Shown here in pieces: positions 1 through 7,668 of a stretch of 14,823 bases of DNA (its first letter is position 1; every line of letters begins with the position of its first letter). The DNA is taken from positions 1 to 14,823 of the forward strand of contig CAXHAT010000195.1 of the NCBI GenBank assembly GCA_964014485.1, read 5' to 3'. Source of the stretch: an uncultured Deferribacteres bacterium. Lineage in GTDB: Bacteria; Zhuqueibacterota; Zhuqueibacteria; Zhuqueibacterales; Geothermadaptataceae. Below the pieces are notes generated by a model. That model saw only the letters and a list, made by a program, of their open reading frames with translations. It was not told the origin of the DNA and ran no database searches. The translations under genes were made by a program, and so were the position numbers.

Positions 1-45
1 ACACCAAGAAGCTCGTCGGCAGCGTCAGATGTGTATAAGAGACAG
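1..45 (+). other. Illumina Nextera adapter remnant (P5 3' end ACAC + 8-nt i5 index + Read 1 adapter/Tn5 mosaic end); technical artefact
   Basis: 13..45 is TCGTCGGCAGCGTCAGATGTGTATAAGAGACAG, the exact Nextera Read 1 adapter including the 19-bp mosaic end. It is preceded by 8 nt (CAAGAAGC, index position) and ACAC (end of P5). Confidence 0.98.
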
Positions 46-65
46 GCCCAGCTTCGCAAAAACGA

Positions 66-130
66 GGAGTACAAAACTTCAATTTTGTGACTTGCGTCCG
101 ACTGCTCGCAAAGCTGAAGCTTTGTACTCC
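66..130. repeat. Inverted REP doublet (REPIN-like), GGAG class
   Basis: 66..88 GGAGTA-CAAAACT-TC-AATTTTG-T; the reverse complement of 108..130 is GGAGTA-CAAAGCT-TC-AGCTTTG-C. Each unit is GGAG plus a short palindrome, and the two units are inverted. Confidence 0.75.
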
Positions 131-235
131 ACACTCAATGGTTAAACAGTTACTCGTTTTCTATCGCACGAAAACATCGTATATTTTCGCGACAAAAGGC
201 AAAATCGATTCGCTCAACAATTCAAAGACATTCTT

Positions 236-907
236 TTGAAAACCAATCCGCCGTTTAAGATCATCTATCTCGACAATCACTTGTTGGTCGTCAACAAGCC
301 GCACGGCATGCTTTCTCAGGGAGACAAAACCGACGATCCGGATTTGTTGAGCTTGGGCAAGAAATATCTGAAAGAGAAATTCGCCAAGCCGGGAAATGTT
401 TTCCTGGGATTGGTGCATCGTCTGGATCGTCCGAGCGCCGGCGTCATGGTTCTGGCGCGGACTTCTAAAGCGGCGGAAAGGCTTTCAGCACAGTTTCGAG
501 AAAGGAAGGTGCAAAAAAACTACGTGGCTATCGTTGAAGGCGAGCTTCGGGGGAGCGGCGCGTGTGAAGATTTCCTTTTGAAAAAAGAAGAGCGCGTCGC
601 TGTCGTCGGGGAAAACCATCCAGGCGCGCAAAAGGCAAGGCTGCGATGGCGGACAAGCTCAGTCGCGGACGGTCTTTCCCTCGTGCAAATAAAATTGGAA
701 ACTGGGCGCAAGCATCAAATCCGCGTTCAACTTGCCAACCAAGGCTTCCCGATCCTGGGCGATTTTAAATACGGCGCCCGCCAAAGTTTTGACGGCAAAA
801 ATCTGGCGCTGCATTGTGAATCGCTCAGTCTCACCCACCCGACGCAAAAAACCGTCATGCATTGGCGCGCTGAACCATTCGCCGCGTGGAAGAATTATTT
901 CAGTTGA
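236..907 (+). CDS. RluA/RluC/RluD-family RNA pseudouridine synthase (no S4 domain)
   Basis: Motifs VVNKPHG, VHRLDRPSAG (catalytic Asp), LETGRKHQIRVQ, PILGDFKYG, LALHC. The TTG start is not certain. Confidence 0.95.
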   Translation: MKTNPPFKIIYLDNHLLVVNKPHGMLSQGDKTDDPDLLSLGKKYLKEKFAKPGNVFLGLVHRLDRPSAGVMVLARTSKAAERLSAQFRERKVQKNYVAIVEGELRGSGACEDFLLKKEERVAVVGENHPGAQKARLRWRTSSVADGLSLVQIKLETGRKHQIRVQLANQGFPILGDFKYGARQSFDGKNLALHCESLSLTHPTQKTVMHWRAEPFAAWKNYFS

Positions 908-948
908 ACGTGTTGGAACTGCTTGAGTACTCTGATTTTCATGCACTC

Positions 949-3306
949 TTACGCCGCTTCGGTCGTTTTTCGCAACTCGCGAGAAGTCTGGAAAAACTCG
1001 TCCAGTTCCATCACCCGAAGATAGACCAATCCGCGCGTTGAGCGAATGCGCGAATCTTCATTGTGATAGAAAAAATCCCGTCCCAAACATGTTTTCATAA
1101 ATTGATACTGTTCGACCTGGATTTTCTTGGCCAGCCCCGAAAACGTGCCGTCAAAAGCATAGCTCGGGAATGACGCTTTGGCCTGAGACGCGAAAGAGCA
1201 GAGAAAGGAATCATCCAGAATTGCCATGCCGTTCATGGTTACGGGCACGAAAAGATTCGCTTCGCAAGGATGGTATCGGTACCACACATTGCGATAGCCC
1301 CAAACCTGGATTTGCGCTTCCGGATTTTCTTCATGATACATTTTCAGCGCTGTTGAAACCGCTTGCAAAACCTTGTAGTGCGTGTCCGGTCCGCTGCCTT
1401 CCGGATCGAGCGCGACGCTCAAAATCGTCGGTTTAACGCGGCGGAGCGTTTCGAGCACCGGCATGACGTCACGGCCAATCTCCGGATCCTCCGTAAAAAT
1501 ATCGCCCTTATAAAAGCCCAGACGCGAATGGATCACGGATTCGTCACCAAACCCAAAATAGCCCCACAAAATATCCGCTTCCCACTCCCGAACCATGCCT
1601 TTGAGCTTTTGCACGTCCGGTTGATCCTTTCTGCCGGGATATTGTTTTTTAAAATAACTTTGCAACGACTCGAGACGATAATCGAGATCTTCCTTTGAAA
1701 CATCCGAATAGATTTCCACCAGATTGCGCAGAAAACGACGGGCTTCCCCCTCGCGCTTGGCATAGGCGTCAACCGCCGCGACGCCGTCCAGGTACTGATA
1801 GACGTCACGGTTGCGGAACGTGCTGTTTAAAGGTTGAAAATAATCTTCCTTTAGCATTTGCCGGAACCCTGCCGTCGCGAGAAAGTGGCGTGCGTTCTCG
1901 ATTTGGTCGAGAATGAAATCGTTGGTGACGGCGTTAAATCCGCTGGTGAGATAATTAAAAAAATGCGTATTCGATTGGTTTCGCATCAGCCGGACAAGGT
2001 AGGGCAAGTACCCCAGCATAATGTCGTCATGGTGCGGAGCCGTGTGCAAGAACGTTTCGCCGGTTGGCACGTCAAGCGCTTTGGTGATGCGATGGCGATA
2101 TTCCTTTTGTATGGCGCCTAGCATGTCGACAATTTTGTCTTTCTTTTGCTCCGCCACCAGCAACGCGCCGCGAGCGTCGGTTTTGAAATCCGCGACCGTC
2201 AAATCGATTAAGCGCTTCCTGGACTTGAGAGCAATATCCGTGGCCACGCGAAACTTGTCGGCGTTAAGCATGGCCTTTCTTCGTTTCAAGAGGCTGAGCT
2301 GGCGCTGAGAAAGATGCTTTGCAGCACCTTGCGTAATGTAAAATCTCGCATGCGGCAGGTCTTGCAAAATCGAGGCGGGAACGTCATTGTCTTTTTCGCT
2401 TTCAATGGCTTTGCGAACGATTTCCGCCTTTGCTTCTCCAGCGGCGATAATAATCGCCGTCGTGTCCGGATTGTGCGCAATTGTCTGCAGGCCAATCGTG
2501 ATCACCAGCCGATTTCGCGAAACCTCGATTCCGCCAAGATCAGTCGCGGCCGCGGCTTGGGTTTCATAATTCGTTGCGCAAAGTCGCGTCGTAGAAAAAT
2601 GATCCGATCCCTGGACGTTAAATCCAATGTGCCCGTCCGGCCCAATGCCGCCAAGAAAAAATCCAATCCCGCCCCATTCGCGGATTCGGCGCTCGTAATT
2701 TGTGCAAAACTGATCAACGGCTTCCAAAACGCGCTTTTGCTTGCTCTCCGCCAGATTTTTCGGCGGCCTGGTTCGCAACGATAAATCGACGATTTGCTCA
2801 GGCCAGATTTTGTCCAATGTCTCATTGTCTCGAATCCCGATTATGTTCGGGTTGATCAGCAACGCATTTTCAGGATCAAGCTCAAAACCGTCGATGTAAT
2901 ACCTTTTCACATAGTCAAAAAAGCTGTTGTGCTGCCAGGAGTTGATCGGGTAAAACTCGTCGATTTGAATGAATTTGAAGCTTTTCATTTTTGGCTTTTT
3001 TGCGGGATCAACACCGTTATCGCCCAGCAGTTTCTGCATATCCTTCTTGCGCCAATTCGCCATAATGTGCTGAAACCACCGGATAAAATGCTCCGGGGTC
3101 TTTCCTGTTGGCAGCGAGATGCTCCACCCCTCGTTTTGCTGCGCCCATTCAATAAATCGCAGCGCAGTAAGACGGCCAAGCGTTGGAAAATTGTCCACGA
3201 CAATTGTCGGGATTTTTTCAATCGGCGGGTAAAAAAGCGCGTCGCCGTCGTTTAAAAGGCTCTTTTCAACTTTTGAAATTGTGCGTTGTTGTTCTGGATC
3301 GTTCAT
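949..3306 (-). CDS. nagB: Glucosamine-6-phosphate deaminase-like (NagB) protein fused to a C-terminal PIG-L/LmbE deacetylase-like domain, 785 aa
   Basis: N-terminal LPTGKTP, QIDEFY, GGIGPDGHIGFN and AAGEAKA motifs (NagB fold). C-terminal APHHDD and DPEGSGPDTH motifs (PIG-L-like metal-binding). Confidence 0.85.
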   Translation of the reverse strand: MNDPEQQRTISKVEKSLLNDGDALFYPPIEKIPTIVVDNFPTLGRLTALRFIEWAQQNEGWSISLPTGKTPEHFIRWFQHIMANWRKKDMQKLLGDNGVDPAKKPKMKSFKFIQIDEFYPINSWQHNSFFDYVKRYYIDGFELDPENALLINPNIIGIRDNETLDKIWPEQIVDLSLRTRPPKNLAESKQKRVLEAVDQFCTNYERRIREWGGIGFFLGGIGPDGHIGFNVQGSDHFSTTRLCATNYETQAAAATDLGGIEVSRNRLVITIGLQTIAHNPDTTAIIIAAGEAKAEIVRKAIESEKDNDVPASILQDLPHARFYITQGAAKHLSQRQLSLLKRRKAMLNADKFRVATDIALKSRKRLIDLTVADFKTDARGALLVAEQKKDKIVDMLGAIQKEYRHRITKALDVPTGETFLHTAPHHDDIMLGYLPYLVRLMRNQSNTHFFNYLTSGFNAVTNDFILDQIENARHFLATAGFRQMLKEDYFQPLNSTFRNRDVYQYLDGVAAVDAYAKREGEARRFLRNLVEIYSDVSKEDLDYRLESLQSYFKKQYPGRKDQPDVQKLKGMVREWEADILWGYFGFGDESVIHSRLGFYKGDIFTEDPEIGRDVMPVLETLRRVKPTILSVALDPEGSGPDTHYKVLQAVSTALKMYHEENPEAQIQVWGYRNVWYRYHPCEANLFVPVTMNGMAILDDSFLCSFASQAKASFPSYAFDGTFSGLAKKIQVEQYQFMKTCLGRDFFYHNEDSRIRSTRGLVYLRVMELDEFFQTSRELRKTTEAA

Positions 3307-3394
3307 GAGATATTTACCAAGTTCGATTTTATTATTCTGCGTTAGGGGGCGAAATTCATCGACGAAATTTGATTCTTGGCTCAGAAAGCTTTAT

Positions 3395-3610
3395 TCGAGC
3401 TTCACTACCTGACACATTTTGTATAGGGTTCTAAAACTGGCGAAAGAGGCCGGAATTGTCATGCTGGAAGCATCTTTTTTGATCCAACCCTTGAACTTTT
3501 GAGCATGATCTGCACAGGGCGATAACAAAGATTCCTTCAGAATAACAAAACGGAGCCTTTCGACGGCTCGAAAATACAGTTTACAAAAAGTGTCAGGTAG
3601 AGAAGTTCGA
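3395..3610. mobile_element. MITE-like non-autonomous element with 29-bp imperfect terminal inverted repeats and an internal inverted repeat
   Basis: 3395..3423 TCGAGCTTCACTACCTGACACATTTTGTA vs 3582..3610 TACAAAAAGTGTCAGGTAGAGAAGTTCGA (26/29 complementary). Inner arms 3457..3477 and 3527..3547 (16/21). No credible coding content. Confidence 0.6.
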
Positions 3611-3738
3611 GCGCGCTTCAAATTTAAGCGACAATGAATACGAAATGAAACGAGAAAATGATAATGATTGAAGACGAATTTGAGGGGACGCTTTCGTAGA
3701 TACGCGACGCATCGCGTATCCACCATTTTGCCGCTATT

Positions 3739-4587
3739 TCACACGGCGTTTAAATTCTGAACGATCTCTTCATACCTTTGGGTCGCCGGCTCGGACGGGC
3801 GGTTTTTAGCACAGAACCGTAATTCTTTCAACGCCCTGTGCGGTCTTTCAACAATAATTTTGCCGTCATCGTTCAATTTTGATTTCAACAAATCGTGCGC
3901 GTCGCTGAATCGTGGATCGCGCCGCGCAAGCTTATAGAACGAGAGAATGTAAACGTAATGAAACAAATTGTAGCGCAGAAAAGGAAACTCCACCTGCAAG
4001 AAAAGAGTCCCAATTCCAAAATGGCACGGGCCGATGGGTTTGCGCGTTTCCCAGTGGCTCAACAGCTACTTGACAGCAGCGTCGATGATTTCAGAGCCTT
4101 CGCGATATTCAGGGAAAAAGCGCAAAACGTCGAGAATGTTGAGCGTGGCGCCGGGATTGGCGAATTCGGTTTCCGGGCCGCGGCCGAGCCGGGTAAAATT
4201 GCAGCGCCAACCGCCGGTATCGTGGGCGTTTTCTAAAAAACAGGCAACGGTGCGTTGAATTTCATCGCTTTGTGAGAAGCCGAACCGGCACAGCGTTCGC
4301 GCGGCTTCCGCCGTGTAGCAAGGATAGAGCGGCGCTTTCGGAGCCAAGCGAATTTTGCCGTCATCGCGGCAAGCGCGCAGGAGCAATTTCAGCCCGCCGT
4401 CGACCGCCTCGTGACTGCGCTCAACGCCGAGTTCATGCAGCATGAGCAGCGATGCAATCGTGCTAAACGGATTGCCGACGTAAATCCGATCATCCGGCGT
4501 CGCCCAAAAATCCGCACCGTTATCATGTCGGCGAGTAAGAATCGCCTCAATATCAGCGTCACACTCCGTATTAATACTTTTAGACAT
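3739..4587 (-). pseudogene. Prenyltransferase/squalene-oxidase-repeat-like (alpha/alpha toroid) protein gene, 282 codons, interrupted by one in-frame TAG at 4066..4068
   Basis: ORFs 4066..4587 and 3739..4062 share a frame and are separated only by TAG-CTG (...DAAVK*LLSHWETRKPIGPCHFGIG...). QW-like segments (ENAHDTGGWRC, RACRDDGKI, KSKLNDDGKI) occur on both sides of the stop. The family call is from recollection of similar proteins. Confidence 0.7.
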
Positions 4588-4613
4588 CCTTCCCTCCGTG
4601 CTAAAATCTCAAA

Positions 4614-4683
4614 GTTTGACAGAAAGATGGTTGGCAAAAAATGTTTTTTCATTCATTTTTTGCCAACCATCTTTCTGTCAAAC
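4614..4683. repeat. Perfect 30-bp inverted repeat with 10-nt loop (intergenic palindromic element, possible terminator)
   Basis: GTTTGACAGAAAGATGGTTGGCAAAAAATG (4614..4643) is the exact reverse complement of 4654..4683. Confidence 0.9.
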
Positions 4684-4714
4684 CCCAGGATTAACCGAGG
4701 CTGTCGAACTTGTG

Positions 4715-5080
4715 TTAATGCGTGATTTCCTGACCGAATTGGATCATGTAGCCGTTGTTGTCATAAACCGCGAATTCCCGCATGCCGTAGTCGAAATTCT
4801 CAATCGGGTAGCAGATTTTGGCTGCGTCTTTTAGCTTCAGCCAAATTTTGTCCACATCATCCGTCTTCAGATAAATCGATCCGGTAAACGTCGGTTTATC
4901 AAACGGTTCATGCGCATTTGGCAAGGCGAACATGATTTCCGCTTCATCGCGCCAAAGGTGCGCCCAGCCCCACTCTTCCGCAAAGGCGTCGCATTTAAAG
5001 CCCAGATTCTTGGTGTAAAAATCAACCGAGCTTTTCAGTTCAGTTGTGTAGAGCGTGGGGATCAATTTTTGAATTTTCAT
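4715..5080 (-). CDS. VOC (glyoxalase/bleomycin resistance) family protein
   Basis: LIPTLY...SVDFYTKNLGF and ENFDYGMREFAVYDNNGYMIQFGQ motifs. Start moved to the ATG at 5080 (MKIQKL), 2 nt after the upstream stop and preceded by AGGT; the ORF-track start at 5119 overlaps the upstream gene. Confidence 0.9.
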   Translation of the reverse strand: MKIQKLIPTLYTTELKSSVDFYTKNLGFKCDAFAEEWGWAHLWRDEAEIMFALPNAHEPFDKPTFTGSIYLKTDDVDKIWLKLKDAAKICYPIENFDYGMREFAVYDNNGYMIQFGQEITH

Positions 5081-5082
5081 TT

Positions 5083-7308
5083 TTACCTGATGATTTGAAT
5101 CTGCCGCGAATTCTGCCAATCGGCGGCTTTGATGTGCAGCAAGTAAACGCCGGAAGCGAAGGCGTCGGTTTCCAATATTATCGCGCGTTGGTTTTGGGGA
5201 AGGTTGACATGCTTGGCCAGGACAGTTTGCCCAAGAAGATTATACAATCTCAGCTCAATTTGCTGCGCTTGCGACTCGATAGTCACAACGATCTCCTGAC
5301 CTTTGCGCGCCGGATTGGGAAAGACTTGAATTGTCGGATTTTCAGGTTCAGGCGCACGTTCTTCAGCAACGCTCGTAATTGTCCCGTCAAAATAAGACGC
5401 CGCACGCTCGAACGCCGCAATCCCGACTTCTTCGCCGATCAATCGACCCGGAATATCGTCAGCGGGCGGGTGGATGCCGCCCCAAATGCGTGACAGACTG
5501 GTTTGGTCGGAGGCGTCTCGGTAGGTCGCCCATTGCAAAGTGACGTCGACGCTTGGTCCCTCCTCAAAAACAAGGAATTCGTTTTTCGGCGCATGAAATT
5601 CACCTATGCCGCCAGGGAAAAAGGGATCGCCGGTCAAAAGCGTCATAACCTCAGCAGCGGCGCGGGAAAAGGTGGAGTGCCCGGAAATGTATCCGGCAAA
5701 CGGCGGCGTGATAAAAGTCGGTCTTTGATAGGGCCACCAGTTTTCGGCCAGAATCCAGCCTACACCCGCCAAATCGGTTTCCGGTTCTTCAATATAATCC
5801 GGCCCGCGCCAAGCGTAAAGCTTGATTTTTCCAACGCTTGAGCTGTCTTCCAGAGTTAATGAATCACCTTCCTGAACAATTTCAATAAAGCCCGGAAGCA
5901 GCGGCACGCCCGCAGGATGAAAATTGGCCAGGCTCGAATCCGAACTCTGCCCGCGATCAGCCATGTAGCGAATCGCCGAAATTGGGCGAATGTAATCGTA
6001 CCAGCCTTTTATGCCCCAGGCGGTGATCGCCGCATCATGAACCGCCCCGGCGAGCGTAAAATACGCCTTGACGTCCCATTCCAATTCATCCAAAACCGCC
6101 CCTTTGCCGCGAAAACGTTTTTCAAAAAGCGGGTGGTCGTTGACATAATTGAGAATCGTAAACCAGTGTCCCGGCGGCGTTTCCGAATCCGGGCCGTCCG
6201 CCCAAAACTCAGCGAGAACGCGGGCGTAATCGGCGCGCGGAACGATTTGCGGTTCGTAGGACTGTCCAGTGTGCGGATTGACTGCGTGACCCAGACTTGG
6301 ATCGCCGCCGTCGATCAAATCGTAAAAATCGCGGTGTTCTTCAAACGTCGTCGGATAGTTTTGAATGTTGCCGATTGAAGCCGGAGAAATATCCCACAAC
6401 ACGCTGTCCGCCGGATCGAGGTGCGAAGACCAGACTGCGACCAACGCATTGCCCCACTTGTACTCTTCCGAGAGTCCGCCGATTTGCGTTGTGTCGAGCT
6501 GCGGCGGCGGGCCGGGATCATGATAAACCCAATAATTATAACCAGTTCGCGGGAAATAAGCCAACTCGGCGTCGTTGAGCGCAAAAGGGGCGACTTCTCC
6601 CCATTCCGGGCTTTGAAATTCAGGCGTGCGCCCCGGGATAATGTTACCGCTTTGATCGATGAATATTTCCAAAGTCAGCGGCTGCCACCGATTCGGGCGA
6701 GTCAACCGCGGGTTGCCCGGCAAGTCCGGCAGAAGCGACAGATTCCTGGGTTCATAATAAATATTTTCATAATCGAACTGCTCGTTTGAGCCGTCCTGTA
6801 ACCCAAAATCGATCATACACTCCGCGATATAATTGCCCAGCGCGGCGGGCGATCCCGTTTCATAAGCCGTGGAATTAAAATCAAGATCGTAGCCGAGATG
6901 CGTCATTAAGGAATCAAATCGGTCGATGGAGCGAAAAGCGCCGGGCGAGAACTGAAAGCGATGGAGCAAAATGCGATATGCCGCGTAGCTGGCCGCTTCG
7001 TTCCTCGCTGACTTCAGGTCGGTTGGCGCGCTGACGCCTTCAAAGTCGCAGACGAAATCCCGAATCGTTTTGCCGAGCAGCCATGTCGCTGCGACATCGT
7101 CATACGCCGCCCAGGCGTCATACATCGCTGCCGAAACATGGAAAAGATTGCGCGCATGAACCGTTGGTCGCGCGAAATCGTCGCGAATCGCTTCGAGCAA
7201 AACCTCGTTCCACTGGCGTGCGACGGAGTGTTGCGATTGGACGGAATCGGCGTTGCTTAACAACAGAAATACTACTGCAATTGGAAGAATTTTTCGGATA
7301 TGTTTCAT
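5083..7308 (-). CDS. Secreted vanadium-dependent haloperoxidase/PAP2-superfamily protein with C-terminal T9SS type A (Por secretion) sorting domain
   Basis: Vanadate-site motifs KGWYDYIRP, PPFAGYISGHS and SRIWGGIH. C-terminal VFPNP...LYNLLGQ...SGVYLL domain. Signal-peptide-like MKHIRKILPIAVVFLLLSNADSVQS from ATG 7308; the frame is open up to ATG 7353. Confidence 0.88.
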   Translation of the reverse strand: MKHIRKILPIAVVFLLLSNADSVQSQHSVARQWNEVLLEAIRDDFARPTVHARNLFHVSAAMYDAWAAYDDVAATWLLGKTIRDFVCDFEGVSAPTDLKSARNEAASYAAYRILLHRFQFSPGAFRSIDRFDSLMTHLGYDLDFNSTAYETGSPAALGNYIAECMIDFGLQDGSNEQFDYENIYYEPRNLSLLPDLPGNPRLTRPNRWQPLTLEIFIDQSGNIIPGRTPEFQSPEWGEVAPFALNDAELAYFPRTGYNYWVYHDPGPPPQLDTTQIGGLSEEYKWGNALVAVWSSHLDPADSVLWDISPASIGNIQNYPTTFEEHRDFYDLIDGGDPSLGHAVNPHTGQSYEPQIVPRADYARVLAEFWADGPDSETPPGHWFTILNYVNDHPLFEKRFRGKGAVLDELEWDVKAYFTLAGAVHDAAITAWGIKGWYDYIRPISAIRYMADRGQSSDSSLANFHPAGVPLLPGFIEIVQEGDSLTLEDSSSVGKIKLYAWRGPDYIEEPETDLAGVGWILAENWWPYQRPTFITPPFAGYISGHSTFSRAAAEVMTLLTGDPFFPGGIGEFHAPKNEFLVFEEGPSVDVTLQWATYRDASDQTSLSRIWGGIHPPADDIPGRLIGEEVGIAAFERAASYFDGTITSVAEERAPEPENPTIQVFPNPARKGQEIVVTIESQAQQIELRLYNLLGQTVLAKHVNLPQNQRAIILETDAFASGVYLLHIKAADWQNSRQIQIIR

Positions 7309-7359
7309 GAACAGTTCTACAAAATATTTTATGTCCTTCGTAAAGATCATCATCTTACA

Positions 7360-7554
7360 TCACCACTTCGTTTTTTCGAAAGAGGCTATTTTGACCATCG
7401 GTTCAGACGTCCATTTGGAGCCCCATCGCCGCTCCTGTAAAATCGCGAACTCCTTCATGCGTTCCTGATAAGTCATTTTGGCGCGGCGTACGTACTCCGC
7501 TCGGTTTTCTTCTTCAAAGGACGAGTAAATTCTAATCTTAAGATCGCGTTTCAT
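7360..7554 (-). CDS. Small 64-aa hypothetical protein resembling the short partner ORFs that precede minimal nucleotidyltransferase genes
   Basis: ATG start; fills the gap between the REP doublet and the next ATG 6 nt after its stop. The pattern SFEEENRAEY...MTYQERM...LQER resembles that small-protein type (recollection, not searched). Confidence 0.65.
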   Translation of the reverse strand: MKRDLKIRIYSSFEEENRAEYVRRAKMTYQERMKEFAILQERRWGSKWTSEPMVKIASFEKTKW

Positions 7555-7592
7555 AGCAGAATCGACTTTTTGACCATGTTTGACGACAACGA

Positions 7593-7662
7593 CAGGAGTG
7601 CAAGGCTTGCCTTGCGGTTTTGTGAAGTTGTCCTTAAAAGCAAAGCAAGCTTTGCACTCCTG
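7593..7662. repeat. Inverted REP doublet (REPIN-like), GGAG class
   Basis: 7593..7615 CAGGAGT-GCAAGGC-TT-GCCTTGC; the reverse complement of 7640..7662 is CAGGAGT-GCAAAGC-TT-GCTTTGC. Each unit is a perfect 7-bp palindrome, and they differ by one compensatory pair. Confidence 0.85.
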
Positions 7663-7668
7663 CTCATG

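Noticed and set aside
27..45. Natural Tn5/IS50 transposon end
   Set aside because: It is the synthetic mosaic end inside a complete Nextera adapter context.
3391..3726. 111-aa minus-strand ORF
   Set aside because: It runs across the MITE-like inverted repeat element and has no recognisable motifs.
4389..4834. Short ORFs sharing the peptide HFLPTIFLSN on both strands
   Set aside because: This is a by-product of translating the perfect 30-bp palindrome.
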